DNA of 35,833 nt. Source: Sphingomonas paucimobilis (GTDB lineage: Bacteria; Actinomycetota; Actinomycetes; Propionibacteriales; Nocardioidaceae). The notes under the pieces are model-generated. The model did not search any database. It was given only the letters and a program-made list of their open reading frames with translations, and was not told the origin of the DNA. This document shows, one piece after another, positions 19,375 through 31,360 of this stretch. Positions within the stretch are counted from its first letter, which is position 1, and every line of letters starts with the position of its first letter. Made by a program: the position numbers and the translations under genes. The stretch is taken from positions 1-35,833 of the forward strand of contig CALRVO020000001.1 in the NCBI GenBank assembly GCA_943371595.1. The letters run 5' to 3'.

Positions 19375-20281
19375 CGGTCCGCCGCCCGAGGGACCCGATC
19401 GCGGTGAGTACCAGCACCATCCCGACCACGCCGGCCACGCCCAACCGCTCGCCGAGGAACACCGTCGCCACCAGCCCGGCGGTCACCGGCTCCACGAGGG
19501 TCGCGACGACCGCGGCCGAGCTCGAGGTCGTGCGCAGCCCGGCGTAGAGCAACGCGTAGGCGAGCGCGAACGTGAGCGCCCCGAGGTAGACCAGCGTCGC
19601 GAGGGCGACCGGGTCGGAGGTGGTCGCGGGTCCCCCGAGCAGCAGCGCGACCGGCACCAGACCCGCGGCACCGACGAGCGTGGTCGCCGTCGTGAGGGCC
19701 AGGGGGTCGGTACGCCGGGCCAGCGGCTCACCGAGCGCCGTCGCGGCGGCGTACGCCGACCCGGAGGCGAGCGCGGCGAGCACCCCGAGCAGCGGTGACG
19801 GGCCGGTCTCCCCCAGCCCGGCGGTGCCGCTGACGAGCAGCAGCCCGACCAGGGCGACCGCGGTGGGTCCCACGCCGGCCGGGCGACCACGGGCCACGAC
19901 GGCGTCACGCGCCACCAGCAGCACGGGAGCCAGCCCGAGGCTCACGACGGTCGAGACGGTGACCCCGACGAGCACGACCGAGGCGAAGTAGAGCGCCTGG
20001 TAGGCCGCGGTGCACACGCCGACCAGCGCGACCCGCCAGGGGTCGGCGCGCACCAGCCGGCGGACGGCGTCGAGGCGACGGCAGGCGAGGGCGACGACCA
20101 CCAGCACCAGGGCGGCGATGCCGGTGCGGTAGCCGCTGATGGTCAGGGCCGACAGCGGCGCGTGCTCGCGCACGACCTGCACGGCGAGACCGCCGGTGCC
20201 CCACAGGGCACCGGCGAGACAGATCTGGAGCAGGCCCGTGCGGGCGCGCGGGCGAGCGCGGACGGAGGGGTGGACAGGCAT
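19334..20281 (-). CDS. EamA/DMT family transporter
   Basis: About 10 hydrophobic segments, LWGTGG, YQALYF, TLVEPVTA, LGERL. 3' end overlaps the convergent CapA gene by 41 nt. Confidence 0.92.
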   Translation of the reverse strand: MPVHPSVRARPRARTGLLQICLAGALWGTGGLAVQVVREHAPLSALTISGYRTGIAALVLVVVALACRRLDAVRRLVRADPWRVALVGVCTAAYQALYFASVVLVGVTVSTVVSLGLAPVLLVARDAVVARGRPAGVGPTAVALVGLLLVSGTAGLGETGPSPLLGVLAALASGSAYAAATALGEPLARRTDPLALTTATTLVGAAGLVPVALLLGGPATTSDPVALATLVYLGALTFALAYALLYAGLRTTSSSAAVVATLVEPVTAGLVATVFLGERLGVAGVVGMVLVLTAIGSLGRRTVTVPPGPASVPGR

Positions 20282-20348
20282 GACACAGCCTTCGGAGGAG
20301 TCGGGGCAGGGCTCGTCCGGAGCGTCGGGGCGTCGGTGCGCGCTCCGG

Positions 20349-20387
20349 TCAGGCGACCGGAGGCGGGAGCACGAGGTGCCGTGTCAT
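20349..20387 (-). CDS. Putative leader peptide MTRHLVLPPPVA (uORF of the EamA gene)
   Basis: ATG ACA CGG CAC CTC GTG CTC CCG CCT CCG GTC GCC TGA; CAGACT -10-like hexamer 6 nt upstream; stop codon lies inside an 8-bp hairpin. Confidence 0.65.
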   Translation of the reverse strand: MTRHLVLPPPVA

Positions 20388-20405
20388 GAGGCCAGTCTGG
20401 CAGAC

Positions 20406-21512
20406 CTACTCGACGACGACCTCGACCCGCTGGAACTCCTTGAGCTCGGTGTAGCCCGTGGTCGCCATGGAGCGCCGCAGCGCGCCGATGAGGTTCATGG
20501 TGCCGTCGGCGACGCGGGAGGGACCGAACAGGATCTCCTCGAGGGTGCCGACCTGGTCGAGCCGGACGCGCCGGCCGCGCGGCAGCGCCTCGTGGTGGGC
20601 CTCGGCACCCCAGTGGAAGCCGTGCCCGGGCGCGTCGGTGGCGCGGGCGAAGGGCGAGCCGACCATGACGGCGTCGGCGCCGCAGGCGATGGCCTTGGCC
20701 AGGTCTCCGGAGGTGCCGATGGAGCCGTCGGCGATGACGTGGACGTAGCGCCCGCCGGACTCGTCGAGGTAGTCGCGCCGCGCGGCGGCGACGTCGGCGA
20801 CGGCGCTGGCCATCGGGACCGCGACGCCCAGGACCGTGCGCGTGGTGTGGGCCGCTCCCCCACCGAAGCCGACGAGGACGCCGGCCGCACCGGTGCGCAT
20901 CAGGTGCAGCGCGGCCTGGTGGGTGGCGCACCCGCCGACGATCACCGGGACGTCGAGCTCGTAGATGAACTCCTTGAGGTTGAGCGGCTCGGCCTGGCTC
21001 GAGACGTGCTCGGCGCTCACGGTCGTGCCGCGGATGACGAACATGTCGACGCCGGCGTCGACGACGACCTTGGCGAACTCCTTGGTGCGCTGCGGCGAGA
21101 GCGAGCCCGCGACCGTCACCCCGGCGTCGCGCACCTCGCGCAGCCGCTCGGCGATGAGCTCGGGCTTGACCGGCTCGGTGTAGATCTCCTGCATCCGGGC
21201 CGTCGCGTCGATGCCCTCGAGGCCCGCCACCTCGGCCAGCAGGTCGCTGGGGTCGTCGTACCTCGTCCAGAGTCCCTCGAGGTTGAGCACCCCGAGCCCG
21301 CCGTGGCGGCCCAGCGCGATCGCGGTGGCCGGCGACATCACCGAGTCCATGGGCGCGGCGAGCACCGGCAACGAGAAGCGGTAGGCGTCGATCTGCCAGT
21401 CGGTGCTGACCTCCTCGGGGTCACGCGTGCGCCGCGAGGGCACGATCGCGATGTCGTCGAAGGAGTAGGCCCGGCGGCCGCGCTTGGCCTGGCCGATCTG
21501 GATCTCGGTCAT
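20406..21512 (-). CDS. guaB3: GuaB3-family IMP dehydrogenase-related protein
   Basis: MTEIQIG..RRAYSFDDIAIVPSRRTRDP, GLWTRY; catalytic loop GFGGGAAHTTR lacks the Cys; lies downstream of guaB. Confidence 0.93.
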   Translation of the reverse strand: MTEIQIGQAKRGRRAYSFDDIAIVPSRRTRDPEEVSTDWQIDAYRFSLPVLAAPMDSVMSPATAIALGRHGGLGVLNLEGLWTRYDDPSDLLAEVAGLEGIDATARMQEIYTEPVKPELIAERLREVRDAGVTVAGSLSPQRTKEFAKVVVDAGVDMFVIRGTTVSAEHVSSQAEPLNLKEFIYELDVPVIVGGCATHQAALHLMRTGAAGVLVGFGGGAAHTTRTVLGVAVPMASAVADVAAARRDYLDESGGRYVHVIADGSIGTSGDLAKAIACGADAVMVGSPFARATDAPGHGFHWGAEAHHEALPRGRRVRLDQVGTLEEILFGPSRVADGTMNLIGALRRSMATTGYTELKEFQRVEVVVE

Positions 21513-21541
21513 GGCCCACAGTCTTCCATGCGCCCGACCGG

Positions 21542-21994
21542 TCAGCGTGCGGCGGCGGCCACGGCCTGGCGCAGTCCGCGCGTGGCCAGCCGGTCGGCAC
21601 GCTCGTTGCCCTCGTTGCCGGCGTGGCCCTTGACCCAGTGCCAGTCGACGTCGTGCTCGGCGCAGGCGGTGACGAGGCGCTGCCACAGGTCGACGTTCTT
21701 GACCGGCTGCTTGGCGGAGGTGCGCCAGCCGTTGCGCTGCCAGTTGACGACCCACTGGGTGATGCCGCTGCGCACGTAGACGCTGTCGGTGTAGAGCTGC
21801 ACGACCGAGCGCCGGGTGAGCGTCTCGAGCGCCATGATCGGCGCCATCAGCTCCATGCGGTTGTTGGTCGTCGTCTCGGCCTCGCCGCCGCAGAGGTCCT
21901 TCTCGTGCGCTCCGGCGCGCAGGTAGGCGCCCCAGCCGCCGGGTCCCGGGTTGGGCTCGCAGGCCCCGTCGGTGTAGATGACGACCTCGCTCAC
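21542..21994 (-). CDS. rnhA: Ribonuclease HI
   Basis: [39 protein letters not shown]. Confidence 0.97.
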   Translation of the reverse strand: MSEVVIYTDGACEPNPGPGGWGAYLRAGAHEKDLCGGEAETTTNNRMELMAPIMALETLTRRSVVQLYTDSVYVRSGITQWVVNWQRNGWRTSAKQPVKNVDLWQRLVTACAEHDVDWHWVKGHAGNEGNERADRLATRGLRQAVAAAAR

Positions 21995-22016
21995 GGTCGC
22001 GATCGTAGGGCTCGGG

Positions 22017-23522
<1,506 letters not shown>

Positions 23523-23545
23523 TCAAGCCTACGCGGAGACGCAGG

Positions 23546-24451
23546 TCACCCGTCTCCCGGCGTACCTGCGGCCGGTGGGCGCCGCAGCCCGGCGACGGAG
23601 ATCCGCACAGTGAGGGTCTCCCCCGCCATCCGGATCCGGCCGCGCATGCCGGCGGCCAGCACCATCGGCATCACCGCGCGGTTGTCGTGGGCGGTGGTGA
23701 GCACGACCTCGTCGGCCCCCAGCCCGCTGGCCACCCGCGCGCCCTCGCCGAGCAGCTTGGTGCCGATGCCGCGCCGCTGCCAGGCCCCGTCGACCACGAG
23801 GTCGAGGGTGAAGACGGCGGGCTCGTCGGCGGTGGGGACGACGTGGGTGTGGCCGACCGCGACCCCGTCGGCGAGCGCGGTCACCCGGCTGCTGTCGACG
23901 ACGTACTCCGGGACGGCGCCGCCGCCCATCCGTCGCCCTCCCGAGGGCGCGAACGCCGGCCGCTCGCGACCCAGGACGTCGCCCACCAGGTCGGCCATCG
24001 CCGCGCCCCGCGCGCGCTCGACCGCGGTGAAGGGGGCGGTGCGGCGGACCTGCACGAGCACCTCTCCCACGCTCATCTCCATCACGTCCTGCGGCTCCCC
24101 GCCCGGGCGCACGTCGGCGTCGAAGAGGTGCGCCACGACGTCGGGGAACGACGCCGGCTGGGCCAGCACCGAGCGCGCCGCCTCGACGTAGCGGGTCGGC
24201 TGGTCGACCAGCGCGTCCTGCGAGCACCGGCTGGCGACGACCTCGCCCGCACCGGCGCGCTCGACCAGGATCACCAGGTCGCGGGACTGCCAGCCGTCGG
24301 GGGTCCGCACCACCAGCTCGTCGGTCACCTGCTCGGCGTCCGGGAAGGCCTGGAAGCCCACGATGTTGACCCCGGCGGCCCCGCACTCCTGCGCCAGCGC
24401 CGCCAGGGCTCCGGGGCGGTCCGGCAGGGTCGCGCGCACTCTCCACAGCAT
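23546..24451 (-). CDS. ACT-domain / GNAT acetyltransferase fusion
   Basis: N-terminal LPDRPGALAAL..GVNI (ACT); C-terminal WQRRGIGTKL (acetyl-CoA binding motif A). Confidence 0.85.
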   Translation of the reverse strand: MLWRVRATLPDRPGALAALAQECGAAGVNIVGFQAFPDAEQVTDELVVRTPDGWQSRDLVILVERAGAGEVVASRCSQDALVDQPTRYVEAARSVLAQPASFPDVVAHLFDADVRPGGEPQDVMEMSVGEVLVQVRRTAPFTAVERARGAAMADLVGDVLGRERPAFAPSGGRRMGGGAVPEYVVDSSRVTALADGVAVGHTHVVPTADEPAVFTLDLVVDGAWQRRGIGTKLLGEGARVASGLGADEVVLTTAHDNRAVMPMVLAAGMRGRIRMAGETLTVRISVAGLRRPPAAGTPGDG

Positions 24452-24545
24452 GGTCGCGAGCGTGCCCGGACCGGGTTGCCGTCGCGAGTCCAGCGCGTTT
24501 CCGGGGTGGAACCGAAGGCGCGGACCGGGCGGCGTCGGGCGGGCG

Positions 24546-25100
24546 TCAGACGGCGCGGATCGCGTCGATCAGCCAGCGCCCGTCGCGCAGCACCAGGTCG
24601 ACGCGCACCCGGTTGCTCGACAGCACCCGGGGCTCGGCACCCTTGCGCCGGGGGCGCGGGACGACCTGGACCTGGTCGATGAAGACCAGGCACGTCACCG
24701 TGGCGTCACCGTCGGTCCGCACGACGCCGGCGCCACGGACGCGGCCCTCGGCGACCGACTCCTCGCGCGTCGCGAGCGGGCGGACCCGGCGGTCGAAGGT
24801 GCGGGTGTAGACCTTGGCGTAGGCCGGCGTCATGCCCCGGGTGGCCCGGGCCAGCGAACGGTCGAGGTCGCGGTGGTCGTAGCTGAGGGTCGCCGGGAGC
24901 GACGCCACCGCCGCGGCGAGGGCGTCGCCGCCCGGTCCGAGCAGGTCCGCGGGCTCGTAGCCGGCCGCTCCGCTCGTGCCCGGGGGCATGCCGGCCGCGT
25001 CGGGGCCGGGACGGGTCAGGGCGAGCACCACCGAGAGCGCCGACCCCAGCAGGACCAGCACGAGCAGCACCGACACCCTCCGGTCACGCGTGCCCGCCAC
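24546..25100 (-). CDS. Mce-associated membrane protein (Mam)-like
   Basis: Single TM, LSYDHR.L, VTCLVFIDQ, RVRVDLV..DGRWLI. Confidence 0.75.
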   Translation of the reverse strand: MAGTRDRRVSVLLVLVLLGSALSVVLALTRPGPDAAGMPPGTSGAAGYEPADLLGPGGDALAAAVASLPATLSYDHRDLDRSLARATRGMTPAYAKVYTRTFDRRVRPLATREESVAEGRVRGAGVVRTDGDATVTCLVFIDQVQVVPRPRRKGAEPRVLSSNRVRVDLVLRDGRWLIDAIRAV

Positions 25101-25101
25101 C

Positions 25102-25647
25102 TCAGGCCACCTCGTCCAGGGCGGCGACCAGCCAGCGGCCGTCGACCAGGTCGAGCCCGACCCGGGTGCGGTAGCGGGTGACACCCTCGGCCCCGCCGCG
25201 GGTGGTGGTGACGTCGACCGAGACCAGCACGACCGCACGGTCGGTCACCAGGTACTCGGTGGCCGTGCCGTCGCGCGGCAGGTCGGCCGACAGCACGAGG
25301 TCCTGGGCGGTGATCCGCCGGGCCAGCGCGCGGGCGCGCGCGTCGTAGTCGTCGACGAAGCCGGGGGTCCCCAGCGCGCGCATCGCCTGCATGTCGGCCT
25401 TGATCCGGCGGTGGTCGAGGGTGAAGTACGTCGTGGCCGCGGTGCGGGCCGCCACGACGGCCCGCCCGGCACTGTCGTCGGTCCAGCCGGGGTTGCCGAT
25501 GTCGGCCGGGCGCTGCTCACGGATGCCGGCGGCGTCACGGCGGTCGTGCACCAGCACCAGCGACGTCGCGACGACCACGACGAGCAGCACGACGAGCAGC
25601 CCGATGAGCAGGCGCGGGCTGCGCGGCTCGTCCACGGTGTCGTCCAT
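25102..25647 (-). CDS. Mce-associated membrane protein (Mam)-like
   Basis: Single TM, AAR..A..YFTLDHR, AVVLV, R.RVGL..VDGRWLV; GGAGGG RBS. Confidence 0.75.
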   Translation of the reverse strand: MDDTVDEPRSPRLLIGLLVVLLVVVVATSLVLVHDRRDAAGIREQRPADIGNPGWTDDSAGRAVVAARTAATTYFTLDHRRIKADMQAMRALGTPGFVDDYDARARALARRITAQDLVLSADLPRDGTATEYLVTDRAVVLVSVDVTTTRGGAEGVTRYRTRVGLDLVDGRWLVAALDEVA

Positions 25648-25713
25648 CGCTCCCTCCCCAGGCTCACGGGCTGACCGGGGACACCCTGGCACGAACCAGG
25701 GACCCTGCGCCGC

Positions 25714-25752
25714 AAAAGCACGGCAGCCCGGTGCCGAGGCACCGGGCTGCCG
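25714..25752 (-). terminator. Intrinsic terminator of groES-groEL
   Basis: Perfect inverted repeat CGGCAGCCCGGTGCC / GGCACCGGGCTGCCG followed by TGCTTTT on the minus strand. Confidence 0.9.
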
Positions 25753-25785
25753 AGTCGTACGGGTGGAGCGAGTCGTGCAGACGGA

Positions 25786-27507
<1,722 letters not shown>

Positions 27508-27804
27508 TCAGGAGACGATCGCGAGGACGTCGCGCGCCGAGAGGATCAGGAACTCCTCGCCGGAGTACTTGACCTCGGTGCCGCCGTACTTGCTGTAGAT
27601 GACCTTGTCGCCGACAGCGACGTCCATGGGGATGCGGCCGTCGCCGTCCTCGTTGGAGCGGCCGGGGCCGACGGCCACGACCTCGCCCTCCTGGGGCTTC
27701 TCCTTGGCGGTGTCCGGGATGACCAGGCCAGAGGCGGTGGTCTGCTCGGCCTCGAGGGGCTTGACGACGATCCGGTCCTCGAGAGGCTTGATGTTGACCG
27801 ACAC
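27508..27804 (-). CDS. groES: Co-chaperonin GroES
   Basis: [32 protein letters not shown]; GTG start after GGAGG. Confidence 0.99.
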   Translation of the reverse strand: MSVNIKPLEDRIVVKPLEAEQTTASGLVIPDTAKEKPQEGEVVAVGPGRSNEDGDGRIPMDVAVGDKVIYSKYGGTEVKYSGEEFLILSARDVLAIVS

Positions 27805-27891
27805 GATGTCGACCTCCACTTTCCGTGTTGCTGTGGGCTCAGGGGGCGGCTTGCGGGTGTACGCCGTCGCGGGGGTCGTACGTCGCAAGCG

Positions 27892-27918
27892 CTGGCACCC
27901 TCGGGTCGAGAGTGCCAG
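27892..27918. promoter_or_regulatory. CIRCE element (HrcA operator) 1
   Basis: CTGGCACCC-N9-GAGTGCCAG versus the consensus TTAGCACTC-N9-GAGTGCTAA. Confidence 0.88.
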
Positions 27919-27926
27919 AACCGAAA

Positions 27927-27953
27927 CTAGCACTCCCCCCGTTCGAGTGCCAG
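27927..27953. promoter_or_regulatory. CIRCE element (HrcA operator) 2
   Basis: CTAGCACTC-N9-GAGTGCCAG. Confidence 0.92.
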
Positions 27954-27968
27954 AGAGACCCCGGGGGT

Positions 27969-29009
27969 TCAGGGCACCGGGACCACGACGCGGTCGCGCA
28001 GGGTGCGCACCCGCGGCTGGCCCGCGGCGGTCGCCTCGTCGGTGTCCTCGGCGACGGCCTGGTAGCGCCGGGTGATCAGCAGGTCGCGCGGCGTGTCGGA
28101 CTCGTCCACCCGGAAGACCGCCACCCCCCGCCAGTCGCCGTCGTCGTCGAGCCCGGCGGGCTCACCCTGCTCGAGAGGGAGGACCTCCACCGGTTCTCGG
28201 CCGTCGAGGGTCACCCGGGCCTCGCCGCCGGTGACGTCGTAGGAGACGTAGCCCCCGGGCACGTCGACGCCGGCAAGGGTGGCTCCCGACACCGTGACCC
28301 GGGCGACGACCCACTCGCTGCCGGCGGGGGCCCACCCGACGGGGCCGTAGTAGAGCACCGGGGAGGTGATGCCGACCGTGCAGCGCGCGCCCGGCCAGAA
28401 GAGCCCGTCGGTGTCGCGCGGGGTGTCCGGGCAGGACGGCGTGGCCAGCACCGGTGAGTCGTTGTAGAGGGCGTTGAGGCCGGAGGGTCGACGGGTCACG
28501 GGGTCGTAGACATCGTCGAGCACCTGGGTCTTCGCGTCGTACTCGACCTCGAGACCCACGTCGTCAACGTCGTCGGGCACCACGACGTAGGCCCCGTTGC
28601 CGCCCTCGGCACGCAGGTCGCCGAGGTCGCTCCGCTCCCCGTCGACCACGAGCGTCGCCGTGATCGGCAGGTCGCGCGGGGCCATCGCGAGACCGGCCTC
28701 GCCGGGCACGAGGTCGAGGCTCCAGCTCACCCCGATGACGGCACGACCGTCGCCGACCTCGGCGTCGTAGCCCGCGTCGGAGGCGGCCGAGGAACCCAGC
28801 GAGTCGCGCGGCGTCGACACGAGGAAGTCGTAGCGACGGCCCGGCACGACGACGTATGACGCCCGCCCCTCGATCTCGAAGCCCAGGGTGGGGACCACCG
28901 CGCCGAGGGGCGCGGGCGTGCCTGCGTCGTCGTCCTCCCCGGGGGTGCAGGCAGCGAGCGGGATCAGCAGGACGGTCGTCGCGACCGCGAGGAACCGGTG
29001 ACGGGGCAT
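27969..29009 (-). CDS. Hypothetical lipoprotein
   Basis: ATG 29009: [21 protein letters not shown] (basic region, hydrophobic core, lipobox LAAC); acidic, beta-rich body. Confidence 0.75.
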   Translation of the reverse strand: MPRHRFLAVATTVLLIPLAACTPGEDDDAGTPAPLGAVVPTLGFEIEGRASYVVVPGRRYDFLVSTPRDSLGSSAASDAGYDAEVGDGRAVIGVSWSLDLVPGEAGLAMAPRDLPITATLVVDGERSDLGDLRAEGGNGAYVVVPDDVDDVGLEVEYDAKTQVLDDVYDPVTRRPSGLNALYNDSPVLATPSCPDTPRDTDGLFWPGARCTVGITSPVLYYGPVGWAPAGSEWVVARVTVSGATLAGVDVPGGYVSYDVTGGEARVTLDGREPVEVLPLEQGEPAGLDDDGDWRGVAVFRVDESDTPRDLLITRRYQAVAEDTDEATAAGQPRVRTLRDRVVVPVP

Positions 29010-29047
29010 GCCTCGGGGCGTGCCTCCGGCACGACCGGGCCAAACCC

Positions 29048-30118
29048 TCAGAACGACGACCGCCAGGTCAGGGTGACCTCGTCGACCGGGCGCGGGTCGT
29101 CGTCGTCGGCCTCGAGGGCGTAGGTCGTCGAGATGGTCAGGGCACGAGCGGTCACGTCGGTCGGCTGGTCGAAGACGCTGACGACGTTGCCGCTGTCGGT
29201 GCGCCAGGTGCCCACCGGGGCCGCTCCGGCCAACCGCGTCGAGACGGTGGCCTCGTCCTGGGAGTAGTAGTCGGAGCGGTAGGAGTAGGTGCGCCCCCCG
29301 ACCCGCCGGTCGACGCCCACGTAGACGTCGGGGTAGGTCGTGACCACCAGCCACAGGTCGCCGGGCGGCGCCCAGCCCAGGCCCCCCACGTAGGCGACCC
29401 GCTCGCGCCCCGAGGTGCACGTGGGTCGGGTGCCGGGGTCGACGACGAACCCGGCCGGCAGGCGCAGCTCGCCGCAGGGCACCTCGCGCGGGACGCGGTC
29501 GGAGTAGGACAGCTGGCCGGCGTCGCCGCTGTCGACCGAGTCGCGGTCGGGGCTGACGACCTGGGTGACGCCGTCGTAGTCGACCTCCAGGCTCATCTCG
29601 TCGAGGTCAGGGGTGCCGTCGACGGCCACGTAAGCCTGCCTCGGCTGTTTGCCGTACCGGGCCGGGTCCCAGTCGTCCCCGAGCAGGGCGACCGGGTACT
29701 CGGTGCGGGTCGGCTCGAGGCCGGTGGACTCGACAACCAGGACGAAGGTCGGGGTCGGGAGCGCCGTCCCGGGCTCGGCCAACGGGAACGGCCGCGACTC
29801 GTCCGGCACCAGCGTCACCTCGACCCCGACGAAGCTCCCGTCCTGCGGTGGCCGTCGGTCAGCGGGCTCGCCCAGGCAGCATGGCGTCGGAAGCTCCTCG
29901 AGGGCCGGTCCGACGGTGACCCGGTAGGCCGTGAACGGCAGCAGCAGGTCGGAGGTGAGGCCCAGGACGCGCTCACGGTCGGGCCCGGCGAGGACAGTGC
30001 CCGCGGCGACCCGCGGACGGTCGTCACGGACCAGGCGGACGACGACGACCGCCGCCACGACCAGCACGAGGACCGACACGAGGAGCACGAGGCGCACTCG
30101 GCGCGGTGGTGAGGACAC
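29048..30118 (-). CDS. Hypothetical membrane-anchored protein, related to 27969-29009
   Basis: GTG 30118: SSPPRRVRLVLLVSVLVLVVAAVVVV TM anchor; shares LEV.YD..TQV and GWAP.G..W motifs with its neighbour. Confidence 0.72.
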   Translation of the reverse strand: MSSPPRRVRLVLLVSVLVLVVAAVVVVRLVRDDRPRVAAGTVLAGPDRERVLGLTSDLLLPFTAYRVTVGPALEELPTPCCLGEPADRRPPQDGSFVGVEVTLVPDESRPFPLAEPGTALPTPTFVLVVESTGLEPTRTEYPVALLGDDWDPARYGKQPRQAYVAVDGTPDLDEMSLEVDYDGVTQVVSPDRDSVDSGDAGQLSYSDRVPREVPCGELRLPAGFVVDPGTRPTCTSGRERVAYVGGLGWAPPGDLWLVVTTYPDVYVGVDRRVGGRTYSYRSDYYSQDEATVSTRLAGAAPVGTWRTDSGNVVSVFDQPTDVTARALTISTTYALEADDDDPRPVDEVTLTWRSSF

Positions 30119-30178
30119 ACCACCGTCCTGCCTCGTGGGGGCGCACGGCAAACAGGGGCCGCCTGCGAGGATCACCGG

Positions 30179-31360
30179 ATGGACCTCGACGCCTTCCGGT
30201 GGCTGCTGACCGACGACGGCCAGGCCCTGCTGGCCGCGGCGACCGACGCCACCGCTGCTGCGGGGGCCGACGAGCTCGCCGTCCAGACGCGGCTGCGGAG
30301 GCAGGCGACACCGGACCACGTGGCGGCGGCGCTGACGCAGGTGGGCCTGCGGCGTCGCGCCGAGGTCAAGCTCGGGCCGAGTGCCGCACGGATGTACTTC
30401 ACCCCCGACGGCCTCGAGCAGGCGACCCGCCTGACGGTCGCGCGGCACCGGGCCGGCCGACTGACGGCCTTCGACACCCACACCTTCATCGACCTGGGCT
30501 GCGGCATCGGTGGCGACCTCGTCGCGGCCGCCGAGGCAGGCATCACCTGCGTGGGCGTCGACCTCGACCCCGTGCGGGTGGCGGTGGCCGAGGCCAACCT
30601 GGCGGCGCTCGGCCTGCCGGGCGCGGTGAGCGTGGCCGACGCGACCACGCTCGACACGAGCGTCTTCGACGTGGCGTTCGCCGATCCGGCCCGGCGTACG
30701 GGCGCGGGGCGGACGTTCCGGGTCGAGGACTGGACGCCGTCGTGGTCGTTCGTCGAGACGCTGCTGGCCCGCGACGCCTGCGTCAAGGTCGCGCCCGGCA
30801 TACCCCACGCCCTGGTCCCCGACGGGGTCGAGGCCGAGTGGGTCAGCGACCACGGCGAGGTCAAGGAGGCCGCACTGTGGGCGGGCCGGCTCGCCACGGT
30901 CGGACGACGGGCCACCGTCATCGGCGACGGCGGCCTGGCCACCCTCACCGACGAGGACGACCCCGGTGCCGCCGCGGTCGGGGTGCGCGCGGTCGGGGCC
31001 TACCTCTACGAGCCCGACGGAGCGGTGGTCCGCGCCGGGCTCGTCACCGCGGTCGCGGCCGGGGTCGATGGCGGCCTCGTCGACGAGCACATCGCCTACG
31101 TCACCTCCGACGCCTCGTTCCGGACGCCGTTCGCGCGCGGCTACCGGGTGCTCGAGGAGCTCCCCTACCGCGAGAAGCAGCTGCGTGCGGCCCTGCGCGA
31201 GCGCGGCGTGGGCCGGTTGACCATCAAGAAGCGCGGGGTCGACGTCGTCCCAGAGCAGCTGCGCAAGCGGCTGGCCCTGCAGGGCGACGCCGAGGCCACG
31301 ATCGTGATGACCCGCGTCGCCGGCGAGGGCACCGCGCTGCTGGTCGAGCCCTTCGTCTAG
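30179..31360 (+). CDS. Class I SAM-dependent methyltransferase with THUMP-like C-terminal domain
   Basis: GLEQAT, DLGCGIGGD, DPARR, EPDGAVVRAGLV, LTIKKRG. Confidence 0.9.
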   Translation: MDLDAFRWLLTDDGQALLAAATDATAAAGADELAVQTRLRRQATPDHVAAALTQVGLRRRAEVKLGPSAARMYFTPDGLEQATRLTVARHRAGRLTAFDTHTFIDLGCGIGGDLVAAAEAGITCVGVDLDPVRVAVAEANLAALGLPGAVSVADATTLDTSVFDVAFADPARRTGAGRTFRVEDWTPSWSFVETLLARDACVKVAPGIPHALVPDGVEAEWVSDHGEVKEAALWAGRLATVGRRATVIGDGGLATLTDEDDPGAAAVGVRAVGAYLYEPDGAVVRAGLVTAVAAGVDGGLVDEHIAYVTSDASFRTPFARGYRVLEELPYREKQLRAALRERGVGRLTIKKRGVDVVPEQLRKRLALQGDAEATIVMTRVAGEGTALLVEPFV

